This document shows, in pieces, positions 12,833-27,197 of a stretch of DNA of 64,000 nucleotides (position 1 is its first letter; every line of letters begins with the position of its first letter). Below the pieces are notes generated by a model, which was not told where the DNA came from, did not search any database, and saw only the letters and a program-made list of their open reading frames with translations. This DNA is from Octopus sinensis (taxonomy: Eukaryota): assembly GCF_006345805.1 (NCBI RefSeq), contig NC_043008.1, positions 27,838,001-27,902,000 on the forward strand. Direction: 5' to 3'. The translations under genes were made by a program, and so were the position numbers.

Positions 12833-14265
12833 TATTTTAAACATCATTAACTGGAATCTTACAGAACTCCAAAGCCTGGACAGGAATACAAACAAAATAC
12901 TAACTTCTAAGAACATGCACTACCCAAAAGCAGATGTAAAACGACTGTACCTACCTAGAATTACTGTTGGAAGCGGATTGATGCAGATAGAATTGTGCTA
13001 CAAGACCTCCAAAGAGGAATGAACAGATACTTATCTTAGAATAGAGGACATGACGCTGCGAATTATGTGCAAATACGAAAGAAGCAAAAAGTCACATTCG
13101 ATTATCAAGGAAACTTGAAACTCGCAAAGGAACTTGATATTGACACTAAAACAGGTGAAGAACCTGAAACCACTGCCACAAAAGATATATGGATCAATCA
13201 GACTGCAAAAACGAATGGGCAGAAGCAAAGAGAGGAGCGATGGAGAATGGACAGTATACTTCGAAGTATCGACATCTGCTTTTTGGTGGTGCATGTTCTT
13301 AGAAGTTAGTAATATTGTTGTCTTCATGTTCAGGAGTTTGACTTCTGTAAGATTCCATTTAACGATATTAAAAGTATATTCTTTTCAACTCTAAGCACAA
13401 GGACCGAATTTTTGGGGAGAGGGCCAATGGATTAGATCGAGCCCAGTGCGCAAATGGTACTTAACTTATGCTGTTGATGAAACAACCTATCAGTGGCTGA
13501 AAAGGTCAGGACTATAAACAAAGACTGAAGGTTTCATATTGGTAGCAAAGACAAAAGATGGCGCACAGAGAACTACCTGGCTAACATTCTTCAATATGGT
13601 TCTGACCTAAATGCAGATTCTGCTAAACATTTGACGAAACGGTCGACCATCTCATCTCGGGATATCGTATGCTGACACCAAACTAAAATAAAATCGCCAT
13701 CATAGTGTAGGACAGTCTTTGCAATGGAAAATATATAACACTACAAAACCAGCACTCTTATCTTCCTGGTCTAGTTGCTATCCTCTGGTATTTCCCAGTT
13801 AACACTGATATAAAAATCCAGGCTACTCGACCAGATAAAATAAGTAACGACAGGGAAGAGCATAGTTGTAAAATGATAGACGTAAGTGCTCCCAGTGATA
13901 AAAATACCTCTGTCAAGGTATTTGACAAACTAAGTAAATATAAGGACCTGGAAATTGAAATACAAAATATGTGGCATCTTACAGCAAGAAATGTTCCTGT
14001 TGTTGTAGGTGCCCTAGGTATGATGAAAAAAGGGATGTCAGAAACATCTAGATTATATCCAATGAGAAACAGGTTTCAGAAAAATTCAAAAGGTTGTGCT
14101 GACTAGTTCTACCTACATCCTTAGTAAAAGCTTATCCATTTAAATGTATGTGTTGTATTACATGAAGATATGTCACTACTTTCCCTCCCCAAGCTTTCAG
14201 TCATATTGTAACATCTATTATCCTTCACTCGCCCCAGGGCGCTAGGTGCCTCGCGGAAAGTGACT
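12833..14265 (+). mobile_element. Decayed 3' half of an R4/Dong-type LINE, interrupted by an inverted duplication (13250-13468)
   Basis: INWNLTELQSLDR..MHYPKADVKRLYL; QWLKRSGL..TEGFIL; ORF 13873-14106 IDVSAPSD..KLSKYKDLEIEI..VPVVVGALG. Confidence 0.85.
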
Positions 14266-14278
14266 AACAATGTTGCAG

Positions 14279-14536
<258 letters not shown>

Positions 14537-14765
14537 GTACCAGTGCAAATATATTGAATTACAGATCCAATGGAAGGTGCGATTAAAATGTATTCCCGTT
14601 GTTAAAGATGCATTGGGAACTACAGATAATCGTCTGAACAGATCGATTGAGGAAGTATGTATAAAAAGCAGTTCAGTAAAAGCAGCCGGAAAGAGTGTGT
14701 TTTGGGACAGGTAAGCACTTAGGTGGGTTCTTACCACCTAAGGCTACTTGCTGTAGCCTGATGTT
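14537..14765 (+). mobile_element. Degenerate 3' end of a Dong-type LINE
   Basis: IPVVKDALGT-like RLE C-terminus followed by a short 3' UTR. Confidence 0.5.
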
Positions 14766-15964
14766 AAGATATTTTCTTTTCCAACAGTCTAAACTTTGGA
14801 GTGTATATGAAAATAAAAATGAGTAGTGGGAGAAGAGGAAGTAGAGGTGGTAGAGGAAGAAGAAGAAGAAAAAGAACAAGAAGAACAAGAAGAACAAGAA
14901 GAAGTAGAAGATAAAGAGGAGGAAAAGCAACAGAAATAATAATAATAATAAGAAGAAGAAGAAGAATACTAATAATATCTAAAAAAATATTTCTCTTGTT
15001 TGTGTGGTGTTCATATTTACCTCTGACTATTTTTTTGAATTTCAATTTTCACGATTTGATTCTAATAAACTTAAAATCCATGAAGTAATAATTCATTGCT
15101 GATGAATTTCCGCATCAATATCAGGATGTTTCCTATAAGTGATTATAAAGGAAACGGAAAGTTGTTGTTATTCAATTTTTGTTTTAGATTTATGATTCAT
15201 ACAACCAAAACATGCAGGTGTTTAAACACCACAAATGAATATAAAATATGAAGAAATAATTTTCTCTACAGATGTAAAGCAGAAATATTTAACAAAAATA
15301 TTTTGCAGCAAAATCGATGCTTATTTTATAGAGCGAAATGAAGTAAGAGACAAAAAATCTCAGTTCTGAGTATTCTCAGAAATATTTTTAATGAACCATT
15401 TAACAAAAGCAACAACATCTCCCAGATTCAGATTCAAAATAAGCTTCGTGCAGTGGAGATAACAATAGAAATATTCGACAGCATATATTTAATTTGGAAA
15501 CACACAGTTAAGCGACCTGAAAACAAAAGCAAGTAGTTGCAACATCTTGCATCAAGTAAGGATGGCTCTTGATTTACTGAATGCGAATATAATTAAAACT
15601 TCACATAATATACACGATAAGTCTCTGATGCAAAAGGCGAATAGGTTTCCCACGGCAGTTATTCTTCATGATTTAATTCAAGAGACTGAAATTAATTTAT
15701 TTAAAACACAACAGTTACAATAATAGTTTCCCATGTTCAATGTTAGAGAATTGTATGTAATGTTCTATACCAACAATTGTTTATCAATACATACGTCTTG
15801 TGTATCTTTGGCATTTATTTCCAAATCGAAATGATGAATGTTTATGTATTATAAAGAATTATTATTACTACGGAAACTCGACAGGAGAATTCATCCTTAT
15901 TCATTGCGTGCACGAATTTTTACATTTGGAATCAATGCATTAGGTACTGGCTTACGCCCTATTT

Positions 15965-16270
15965 TCTTGTTGTTGTTGCAGTTGTTGTTGTTGTTGTTCT
16001 TCTTCTTCTTCTTCTTCTTCTTCTTCTTCTTCTTCTTTTTCTTCTTCTTATTTTTCTCTTCTTCTTCTTCTTCTTCTTATTCTTCTTCTCTTCTTCTTCT
16101 TCTTCTTCTTCTCATTATTATTATATTATTATTATTATTATTATTATATTATTATTATTATATTATTATTATTATATTATTATTATTATATTATTATTAT
16201 TATTATCATTATTATTATTATTTTAAATATTATTATTATTTTCATCATCATCATCATTATCGTCACCATC
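15965..16270. repeat. Compound (GTT)n/(TTC)n/(ATT)n/(CAT)n microsatellite
   Basis: Directly visible. Confidence 0.95.
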
Positions 16271-16699
16271 ATTTTTGTTTAGACGTGGTGTGCGTGGAGG
16301 CAACGTTTTGTTGAATTTTTTCAGAAATAATTTTCTTTTACTCCCGTTCATTTTTGTGAAAACTGTAAATAAGACTGCAGCACAAATTTCACCAGAGTAA
16401 AAATGGAATGTCAAGTTGTACCCACAGAGCACAACTGATTAATTTTATTTCCCTGCCATGTTTTTTCTTCCTTTTCGAAGTTATGGTGGCGATAAAGAAA
16501 ATCATGTTATGAATGTACCTCGCCAAAGATGATCAGGAATGAACGTATTTATTGAGAAAATTCATTTCAATAGAGAAAGACATGTCAGTTTTCGCTCACA
16601 AGAATTTTCCTAGGTGCTAACTCTCGAAGTCGTCAGTTGCTCAGAAAATGCGGTCTGAAACAAAGTGGAATCGGAATGTTTCGTATCGAAAGGATGGAT

Positions 16700-16910
16700 G
16701 ATTCACCTGAAGCCAAGCAGTGTATCGATGATGCAGTAACGAAGACACTCCACAAAACAATGAATGACTAAACCCAGCGAGGGCAACCAGATTCCATCAG
16801 TAGATTTTAAACTAAATTTCTGTAAGGGATTTAATGATTGTGCAAGCAATGGACTAGCATGGGAATATTTAGCCAATATGAAAGATGAAACCGAGTTCCT
16901 AATCATATCT
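16700..16910 (+). mobile_element. Possible Dong-type LINE fragment
   Basis: AWEYLANMKDETEFLII resembles QWLRSSGLKAETEGFLIA in the 4115-8407 element. Confidence 0.4.
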
Positions 16911-17008
16911 CTTCTTACTTGGCTTCTTTTTCATCTCTCCCTCTCTTCCCCACCTCCTCTTCAACTGTACTTTCTAGTAGTATTACTACTGCGCCTACTA
17001 CAGCAGTG

Positions 17009-17094
<86 letters not shown>

Positions 17095-17329
17095 TGTTTT
17101 AATGGTAGTACGTAAAAAATAAAAATATTCCGACACTAATATACCGAAAATGCATGATCATGTACCAGTAAAGTCTCACAATGAAACCGTAATAATGCAA
17201 GCCACAAACCAAACACAGTATCTGAGAATCACTGAGTAAATTGGGACAATACTTTTACATTATCGACACGTATATAATGAATTGTTTCGCACATCACAAA
17301 ATAACTTGTTTTCGTATTACTTATATTCA

Positions 17330-18165
17330 ACACAACACAATTACAACCATAAGATCCACCTGTTATGGTGGTAACTCTTCATTCTTCGGTTTTATGTTAC
17401 CATTTTGCTTTCTTTTCAACGACGCGCTGTTGCAGTTCCAATTTCAGAACTTTTCTTACTTCTCTTTCTGAACTTTTCTTTCAATATTATACTTCCTATT
17501 CAGCACCCTGTACTTTTAAGCTCCCCTTTCTCTTTTCGGTATAACACAGAGATTTCCTTCGAGAGCATGTCTAACCCAGCCTGTATTGTTTTCCATCATG
17601 GATCTTTTCTTTTGTCACTCCTATTATGTTTCTTTTTCTAGACATCAACACCCGTTTTTCCTTCTACAATATAACTTGCTACCTTGATCAAATTATTTGT
17701 TGCTGTGATTATTTTGGTTCTGATGTACTTCAGAATTTCGTTTTTTTCGTTTCTTGGTTCAATTTCCATTGATCAACCTTTTTATGATTGCAAATAACGT
17801 CACTGTTGTTGTCCTGTAGTCTTGCCTTTATATTGTCGTAGAATGAATTTTGTTCATCTGTTATGTCACCATTAGTATTATCGTCTTTTTTAGATTATCT
17901 ATACGTCTTTCATCAAGTAAACTGTTTTATTACTCTTATTAGTAAGAACTGTATTTTCATCGTTATCACTGCTGCTATTTTACAAGACCCACCATTTGCT
18001 AGCTTCGAACCCTACTTCAGTGAACCAACTATTTTTCTTATTGCTCTCGCTTGAATTGCATAATCGCTGTTCCGTGAGATGAGACAATCCCTTTCCCTCC
18101 AATGTTCATACATACGTTGTTGGTAACCCCTAATTTGAGCACTATTTTCATCTACCGGGCTGCTA
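17330..18165 (-). mobile_element. Decayed N-terminal region of an R4/Dong-like LINE
   Basis: Minus-strand pieces EQRLCN..RAIRKNSWFTE, ITATNNLIKVASYIV, KDP*WK, ELQQR; 5' end abuts (ATT)n at 18168-18336. Confidence 0.55.
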
Positions 18166-18210
18166 ATATTGTTATTATTATTAATATTATTATTATTATT
18201 ATTATTATTA

Positions 18211-18247
<37 letters not shown>

Positions 18248-18263
18248 ATTATTATTATTATTA

Positions 18264-18337
<74 letters not shown>

Positions 18338-18637
18338 TCCATTTATTATTAAAAGATTTTACTAAATGTTCTTTATTTTCAACCTTTGTCTTGTACTTGA
18401 GATAATAATTAATATGCATTTGTTGAAGGAAATATTTTGGTAGCAACTTGGTGAATAGATCATATTCTACAGGTCTATAAATAGATTCTGCAGATGGTGC
18501 GTTGGTGAACCTTAGTGTCAAAAAACTTTGCGTCCTTTGGGTCAGCAGAGGTCAAATGTGTGACCAATGAAAGCGCTGCTTTGAAAACTCGGTGTATTTG
18601 TAATTACTGGGAGAAAAACAATAATCTATCTATTTAT

Positions 18638-18695
<58 letters not shown>

Positions 18696-18819
18696 GTAAA
18701 TAATATTTTCGATGGTTTTTCGGACAACCAACAATTATTTACCGGTAGATTTCGGTATGTAAATATGACCTTTAGCGGCGGGAAAATCTGTGGAGTTCAG
18801 TTTATATAGTATATAAATA

Positions 18820-19085
18820 AAAGGGCAGGCAACAGGTTGCTTTGCCGCATACTGAAAGAATTAGAAATAGCAGTCAGAGACTGTTTATTTACATTTTCTA
18901 CAAGTGGGGGCTCCATATACGACATAACCCTGCAATTCACATATGCAAAACAGGAGGAGTAAATAAACGAAAACAATGCCGCACCGCCATTAACGGTAAG
19001 GCATTATTTTCGTTTATTTACTCCTCCTGACTGCTATTTGTAATTCTTTCGGTATGCGGCAAAGCAAACTGTTGCCTATCCTTTT
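18820..19085. repeat. Nested fold-back: outer arms ~18820-18880 and ~19027-19085, inner hairpin ~18950-19028
   Basis: GGCAACAGGTTGCTTTGCCGCATACTGAAAGAATT vs AATTCTTTCGGTATGCGGCAAAGCAAACTGTTGCC; CAGGAGGAGTAAATAAACGAAAA vs TTTTCGTTTATTTACTCCTCCTG. Confidence 0.85.
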
Positions 19086-19197
19086 ACACAATTGTATTCA
19101 GAAATTCAAAAATTCATCGACGTGAATATCAGTATATGTATATATATATACTGATATTCACGTCGATGAATTTTTGAATTTCTGAATACAATTGTGT
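19086..19197. repeat. Palindrome with perfect ~51-bp arms around a short (TA)n centre
   Basis: ACACAATTGTATTCAGAAATTCAAAAATTCATCGACGTGAATATCAGTATA followed by its exact reverse complement. Confidence 0.95.
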
Positions 19198-19994
19198 TTT
19201 TGCAATAAATGTTGTGTTTACGTATTTGGTTAATATATTCAAGTTTTTAAACTTTCTTGAGATGTTTGTTTGTCTGTCCAGTTGGAGAATGCAGGAGCAA
19301 TTTTGCAATGAAAAGGATGTTTACATTTTTGATTACTCAGAGAGAATCAAAAGGAAAGAAAATGAGTTGTAGATAGTACAGTTTTAATATTTACTGAATG
19401 TTCTTTTGTATGACCGCACAGAGAGAAATGGCTGTTTTATTTTTTGTTGTCGATAGTTTTATATCCGAGCAAAATTTTTTTTTTTCGGGGGGGGGGGGGG
19501 TAACATACGACTTCTTCACTCTGTCTGTGTCCCAAAATAAAAAAAATTATTTTGTTTTGTTTTCTGTATTTGTTTCGTTTGCTACTCGTGTTTTCAACAG
19601 GTGTATGTGTGTCCTGTAAATTTCACGCAGTTGTGTAATCATTGCGATGTATGATTTATCCTATGGGTATTAAAACGCACACATGATTGTATAGACATTC
19701 GAGTGTATGCGTAATTGCTCACTTTATGTACTTACTATTTTGTTCCATTTCTATTTTATAATTTGTAAACTTTCTGCTATTGATTTCGCGTGTTTCGCAC
19801 ATGTTTCACTGAGACATCGTGCATAAGAGACAGTGTACTTTGTATGGTTGTAAAATTTCCTTTTCATGATTAGTTTCGTTAAAATACCTTCTCTTTCAAA
19901 TCTTCCACAGGATTCTTTATTCCATTCCGCCGATGTTATTAGATTAGATTTATTTATGAATGGAGAACACGGTGTAGCACATCCATTTTGTTTT

Positions 19995-20064
19995 CATCAT
20001 CATCATCATCATCATCATTATTATTATTGTTATTATTTTTATTGCTGTGTTTTTTCTTCTTCTT

Positions 20065-20145
<81 letters not shown>

Positions 20146-20175
20146 TATTATTATTATTATTATTATCATCATCAA

Positions 20176-20247
<72 letters not shown>

Positions 20248-20311
20248 TGCCATTAGCAGCAACAAGAGCAGCATCGGTAGCGGCATTAGTATTAGTAGCA
20301 ATCGCTATTAC

Positions 20312-20370
<59 letters not shown>

Positions 20371-20420
20371 GTTTTGTGATGATCATGATGATCATGATAA
20401 TGATGGTCATCATCATCATC
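19995..20420. repeat. Compound (CAT)n/(TTC)n/(ATT)n microsatellite
   Basis: Directly visible. Confidence 0.95.
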
Positions 20421-21078
20421 ACTTGATCCTTGTTGGGGATTTGTTAGTCATTTGATTTGATTTATTTTCCTCTTTTACATTGCTGTTCGTTTATATTTCG
20501 ATATCGTTCATGAGTTATTGCAGAGTTAAGAATCTATAAATTTGTCAAAACCGCGATTAAACGCTGGCATATCCGCATCCATCCCACCTAAACCAGACAC
20601 TTTCTTCCACGCCATTCCAAGGTCTATTAGTGGAGTAGTGAATCTAATGCTTACATAAATCTTGAAATGTAAATGCAGGTTATCTGAGCGCATGCCAAAT
20701 CAGCTCTCAAATTTCCTTCTGCCATTTATATATCTCATTATCCTATTACATTTGTCATACTGGAACCTTGATACTTTTTGACAAAACACAATATTTTATT
20801 TCTTTCTTAAATATCTAATACATCAGTTTGTTTCCAGTATAACCATAATTTATCTAAATATGTCTTATAGGATATATGCAATCTTAGCTCTAGATAAGAC
20901 GATGACTACTTTGTATTTTATTAACTTTTCTTCTTGTTTTTCGATTTCATTTGTATTGTACGTACATACACACTTACACATTTATACGTGTGTAGTGTGT
21001 ATTCACAAACACACATACACTCAACAAGCATGATACATATATACATATATATGAACATATACATACACATATATAAAT

Positions 21079-21123
<45 letters not shown>

Positions 21124-21204
21124 TATATACCAGGGTGAGCACATACATGTGCAACAAGGTGGAAAATATAGTACTCGAATACCAGAGGTAGAGTAATATA
21201 CTTT

Positions 21205-21365
21205 ATTAAAAAGCAGCAAAAATATTACAAAATGTGTTACTCAGAGTTTCACATACCCGTCGTCGGACAATTTTGTTTATAATGTTATGTTCTAAACAAA
21301 GCTGTCCGTCGAACGGGAACGTGAAACTCTCAGTAACTGTTTTTGTGATATTTTAGTCGCTTTTT
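21205..21365. mobile_element. Fold-back element with a degenerate hammerhead-like motif in each arm (probable Penelope-like pLTR relic)
   Basis: Arms GTTACTCAGAGTTTCACATACCCGTCGTCGGACA and TGTCCGTCGAACGGGAACGTGAAACTCTCAGTAAC; lies between (TA)n tracts. Confidence 0.6.
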
Positions 21366-21449
21366 GATAATGTATAAATAAATAAATAAATAAATAAATA
21401 TATATATATATATATGATATATATATGATATTGCTTCATAACCATCTTC

Positions 21450-21610
21450 GGTGTGTGTTTACGCCCTCGCAACTTAGTGGTGCAGCCAAAATGACAGATG
21501 GAATATGCACCAGTCTTAAAGAAATACTGTGGGGTCGAAGCATTCGACTAAAATATTTTCAGAGTCGTGCTTCTGCATGGCTTCAGTCTAATAGCTAAAT
21601 TAAATAGAAT
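21450..21610 (+). mobile_element. Degenerate SINE 3' portion
   Basis: TGGGGTCGAAGCATTCGACTAAAA..GCATGGCTTCAGTC; shares the GGGGTCGA..TCGACT motif with other SINEs in the window. Confidence 0.45.
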
Positions 21611-24600
21611 ATACAACAATGACAACTCCCTAGATGATACATGTTTGTTTATATAACTTGGTGTATATCATTTATACAACAAAAATATGGTAACTTAATT
21701 TCTCAATCTCAAATTTGGAGCTTGTCCACTTAGAACATAAGACTACGAAATATATGACAGTTATGAATTTAGAAATCTCCCAGTCGAGCTTTACACAAAA
21801 TATACATTTACAAATTTTAGATTGCATTATTATATTAAAGATTACACGAAACATGTTACTCAAGATTAGATTAATGACTCAAGTGCGGTCTATGAAAATG
21901 TGCAATTTTTACCTCCTCGGACGAGATAGACACAACAGTCTCATCGGAAACGAAAGTACAGTTAATCGTTATGCGCCTTACGCACTTTCATACACACAGT
22001 AAGTATATACTGCTATCGTCTCCAAATAAGAACATTGACTATTATCGATTGTCAATGTTCAGACATTGCGACGTCGTTGGTAAGTAGAGAACAAAAGTTT
22101 TAGTTGCAACTGGCATTAGCATGGACATTCTTGACAGGGAATTTTGACTGATATTTTCTAACAAGACCATGGATATATCAACACACGTAATAATAAAACT
22201 AATATTTTGTACAAATGAATGCCAATACACATTGCTTAAAAAACGTAATGTGCTCACAGCAATTATTGGTAATAGATGCGCAATAGCTAGATGCGGACTA
22301 GAAAACAGATGGATTAACTGTGAGGAAGTCTGGTTGTTCCGTTTAGGCATTTAAGTCATCACATGCCGCCTAAAACTTTCTAGACTTGGGTCTGGATAAT
22401 AACATAAAATATTTAGCAATTAGCTGACGGTTTTTCTTTCACACATATATTTTACTAAACAAGATTTAGAGCAATTTAAATCTATGCGTAATATTAGATG
22501 TTACTTTATAAACAACCTTTTAAATACTCCATGATGTTATCATGATAGTATATCTACTTCAAAAATGTGAAAGCCATTAAGTTTTAGATTTCGTAAATAC
22601 TGGAACAATATAAGTAACGATCAAAAGTAATTTACTCGTTTTGTTTAAAGCGAGATACGCAAAGAAATTAATGGAGAAAGTGGAATGCAGAGATTCAAAT
22701 AAAAAGAGAGAACGAAGGAAACATTATTTTCAGTGATCTGCATAGATAAGAATGGTTTGTTGAAAGCTGATCGAGAATGATAAGACATTAAAATGTTTCG
22801 CTTGTATTATATTTTTTAAACTATTATTTACTCACTTTCCAATTTTAGCTATGTATATCTCATATATATCATCGGTTATCTGCATATGGATTCACAAACT
22901 AATTGATTTCCAACAGTAGATTAACAGTCTGAGTTATCCACACATAAAGAATTATTGTAAAGTTATTGTTATTATTTCTAGTTTGTTCCTGTCTCTCTTC
23001 ACGTCATTCACAAATTGCAAACTTGTAAAACTGAAATCAATCTGACACTTATTATTAATATTCTAATGCACATATTATATGATGGACTAGTGTGTTATTT
23101 AAAATCACACCATGAGTATCTGTGTTATGGAAGAGAAATGATCCCTGCTTGTAAAATATTCATCTATCACGTATTCCTATGTAGATAATTTCTGATATTA
23201 TGCAAAGAATAAGTCATGTACATTGCCCCATGCACTTCAAAAGTATCATTAACTTGACGAAATCGCAATTGTTTTTCACAGTAAGTTGACATAAAGTTGA
23301 CATAAGAAGTGGATAGGCAGTATTCTCAACTTAACCTAATAATTACAATAAAGTCATTAACAATGACGACAAATGTCCTAAACCAGATATGTAGCCTGTA
23401 TGCGATTGTTCAAGTATTTTGAATAACAAAATTGATTACCAATAAGTGACTATATCGTTAATGTACTGCGCGGATTAAAACACTTGAGGAAATCGTTATG
23501 GTCTTGGTTCTCATATTTAATGCACCGGTCTCCCTCATCAGGCTGAATGAATGACAGTTGGAAACATGAAAACTAGTATCATTTTTACTAAACAACCTTC
23601 CAATAAATAGTAAAAGAAGAATGGAATGGTAGTCGAAATACGCTTATAATTAAATGAGTTAGCCTGATTTGAGTATTATCTTTTTACGTGAATGTAGGTG
23701 GAGTCACGTAAATTAAAAGGTATTATAATTGTTTATTTTCCATGCTAAATTTAGATTTCAGCTTCTTTAGTATTTTGATATCATAGTAGATTTTTATAAC
23801 TTTTAACAGTATACAATATTTTCCATAACTGATTAAGGATAAAAACTAAAACACTACACCGTCCACTTGATCCCTCATGGAACATCCACGTTACGATTGT
23901 AGAGTAAGCATGAGAGATGTCTGCATCTGTCACATATATGTAGCATATTTAATTTAGGAATACAGTTACGGTTTAAATATTTGTGTATCCCCTAAAGTCA
24001 GTTTAATATATTACTAAGATATATACGTACAGCTATAAATGTGATATTAATACAATTTTAGATAAACCAAATGAAAATCAAGCTCTCTGTTTTTCTCTCC
24101 CTCTCCCTTTCTGTCTCTCTCTCTCTTTCTCGCTTTTCGTCTTTAATATTCCGGGATTTTATTTACAGTTTCACTTTTAGGTCTATAACATATAATTGAA
24201 AATACTTTCTTGTCATTAAGCTGTGACAATCATACATACATACACGCAAAGATAGGAAAATGTTGACATTTAGGTACAAATGTGTTTTCATATTAATGAA
24301 TGCGAATTTTACTTGAAATATAGTTTTCAATTCATATACTAGAATCTATCTATTAAAAAAAAGTTTAGATAGAAAGAACAAACAGGCTATTGGTAGATGC
24401 ATCTGCATATCACTTCCGAAATTACACTAACATTTGCCCCCTTTCAATCAATGATTTTCTTTAGCGAATTGTTTTGATATTTTTTAACCAATATCTCTTT
24501 GCCAATCTAGAGAGCCGGTGCGTTAACCCCACCTTCCAAACTGACAATGATTAATCATGTTCTAGCTTATCGATTAAGCACAGCGATATATTTTGTGAAT

Positions 24601-24704
24601 ATGTATTTTATTGTATCGATCAGAATACATAACCGATAAGCTTTTTTGTCATACTGGTATGCAGTATCAGAAGAAAAATATCGGGGGAATTCGTGAGCAG
24701 AGGA

Positions 24705-24735
<31 letters not shown>

Positions 24736-25696
24736 CATGCATACAGACAGACAGACAGAGAAAGATTGGGGAAGGGAGATAAAGAGACTAACAGAAAGAG
24801 ACAACGATTCACAGTGAGAGAAATGAATACTTTAGTAAATTAAATCCGAAAGATATGTCTTCATTGACACGATAGCATCATATTTATTAATTATTCAATT
24901 ACATACAGTACTGAACCTTCAGTTACAAATAAAAGTACTTTGCTAGTTCTCTTTGTAAGTGATAAATGCCTTCATGAATGATTACGCATATCATTTTTAA
25001 AACAATTATAGCACACTTGTCAGATACTACAGTCATTTGAAGACTCGAAATCTACATCGAAATTTATATCAATGTACAGTATAAGCATATTTAATGCATA
25101 ATGCAGCGACTGGTTTGTCATCAGGCGCGTAAACTTCTATTTAGTATTCCATAATAATGTTACTTTATAAATGGTTTTTTGAAATTTTTGTGATGTTGAA
25201 AGCTAGAAATGCTTAAATGAGTAGGAATAATAGAGAAAAATTTCTACAATTTGCCAACAATAGTACTTTCCGGGTGTGTTTGACATACAAATCAGACGGA
25301 ATAATAAAAATAATACAATGTGCAATCTACAATGAAATAGATTATAGAAAAAGTAATTTACAATGACATGCTAGGGGAACTAAGATTGAATGAAAAGACC
25401 CATAAAGACTACGAATTATATATACTATAGTCTGATTACCCTTCGAAAATTATATTCAGTAATTATTTTGTTTATAAATCACAAGGAATTATTAATGTTT
25501 CGATGGTGGTTTAAAATGTTGGATTGAAACCTGTGCCTCTTCCAAACTTCACCAAATTAAACACCACTCAAAAATATAATATAGCTTAATATTGTCCAAT
25601 GCTAGTGAGTCGAATAAAATAGTAAAATGCCCAATAAATACACACGCACTTACACATGTATGTATGTATGAATGAATGTATATATATATATCTATA

Positions 25697-25755
<59 letters not shown>

Positions 25756-26807
25756 TATATATATATGTGTGTGTATATATGTATATATTTCGAAACGCGG
25801 AGTAGCCGATACACGGGAAACTGAAGAAGGGGAATATTCCTTGTGTTGTATGTCTTGTACTCTGTTTTATCGTTGTTTGGAAAAGTAAGTCCGTTTCCAT
25901 GTTTTCGTTTTTCATTTTTTTTCAATTTTTTGGGTGTCCTGTACCCATATATGCATGTATATATTCATATAGATGTAGGTATGTACATATATGTATGTAT
26001 ATATGCATATGCTTTATATATATAAATCACAGTATGTGTGTATATTTACTAACGTTTACATTTCTACAATTCGCAACCGATCTTCACCAAACATTAAACA
26101 CACGTTACTTATGTCCCAGAGCTCCCGTGTAAATGAACAAACCTGGTAAAACGGTAGCTTACAAGTTTTTCTCCAATTCTTTATATGTACATAGTCTTTC
26201 TTTTTTGTCAGTAGACTCTTCCATACTTTTTAAAATCTATATGGTCGTATATTTGCATTAAAGAATTGTTTCCAGTGGTTTCCATATTTTTTAATTAATC
26301 ATTTATTTATATGTTGTAATTGTGTATTATTATTTGGTTAGAGTACATTTTAGAAGTGAAAGGATTTTGTGTATTTATTTAGACTATCCACCTGCGACGG
26401 TGAATAAATCGACTGGAAACACTGTACGAGATGAATATCCAATACCAAACAATCTTAATCTCCATATTTAAAATATATTAAACTTCGGTAAACTTATCTT
26501 TACCTATTCTGAGTTACTTCAAATGTTACGTTCCCTTCTCTCTCTTCTATTTGTTGATACCTTTGTTTACCTACGAATGTATTGTTTCACTTTATGGATA
26601 CTTATTTACCCATTTTTATGATATTTCGAGCGCGACAAATTTTCATTGCGAACTGCTAAATATTCAAAGCAGCAAACATGAACTGAAGTCAAATACTTCA
26701 TGATTTCATTTTTTCGTTTCTTGAAGTCAATTTCAGAGTGGCCATGCACTGTAAGTAAGTACCAAATAGGTTCCTTTCACTCTACTTTTTCATGTATGTA
26801 TTATGTT

Positions 26808-27197
26808 CTCTACTATCCTAGGTACAAATCCCGAAATTTTGTGGGAGAAGTGCAGCCAATTAGATTGACCCCAGTACACAATTGGTTCTTAATTTATCGA
26901 ACCCGAAATAATGAAAGGCAAAGTCAACCTCGGCGGAAATTGAACTCAGAATATAAAGATAGGTGAAATACCTATTTCTATTTCTTTACTAACCACAAGG
27001 GACTAAACAAAGAAGGGACAAGCAAGGAGAGACAAACGGATTAAGTCGATTACATCGACTCCAGTGCATAACTGGTACTTATTTAATCGATCCCGAAAGG
27101 ATGAAAGGCAAAGTCAACCTCGTCAGAATTTGAATTCTGAACTTAGCGGCAGATGAAATACCGCTAAGCATGCTAACGTTTCTGCTAGCTCGCCGCA
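26808..27197 (-). mobile_element. Two adjacent tRNA-derived SINE copies (~26808-26970 and ~26970-27197)
   Basis: Minus-strand head GCGGCGAGCTAGCAGAAACGTTAGC, B-box-like GAATTCAAATTC / GAGTTCAATTTCC, shared GAGGTTGACTTTGCCTTTCAT core; homologous to 1003-1158. Confidence 0.8.

Noticed and set aside
22042-22350. 102-aa minus-strand ORF with an upstream acceptor-like site
   Set aside because: No recognisable homology; length is compatible with chance
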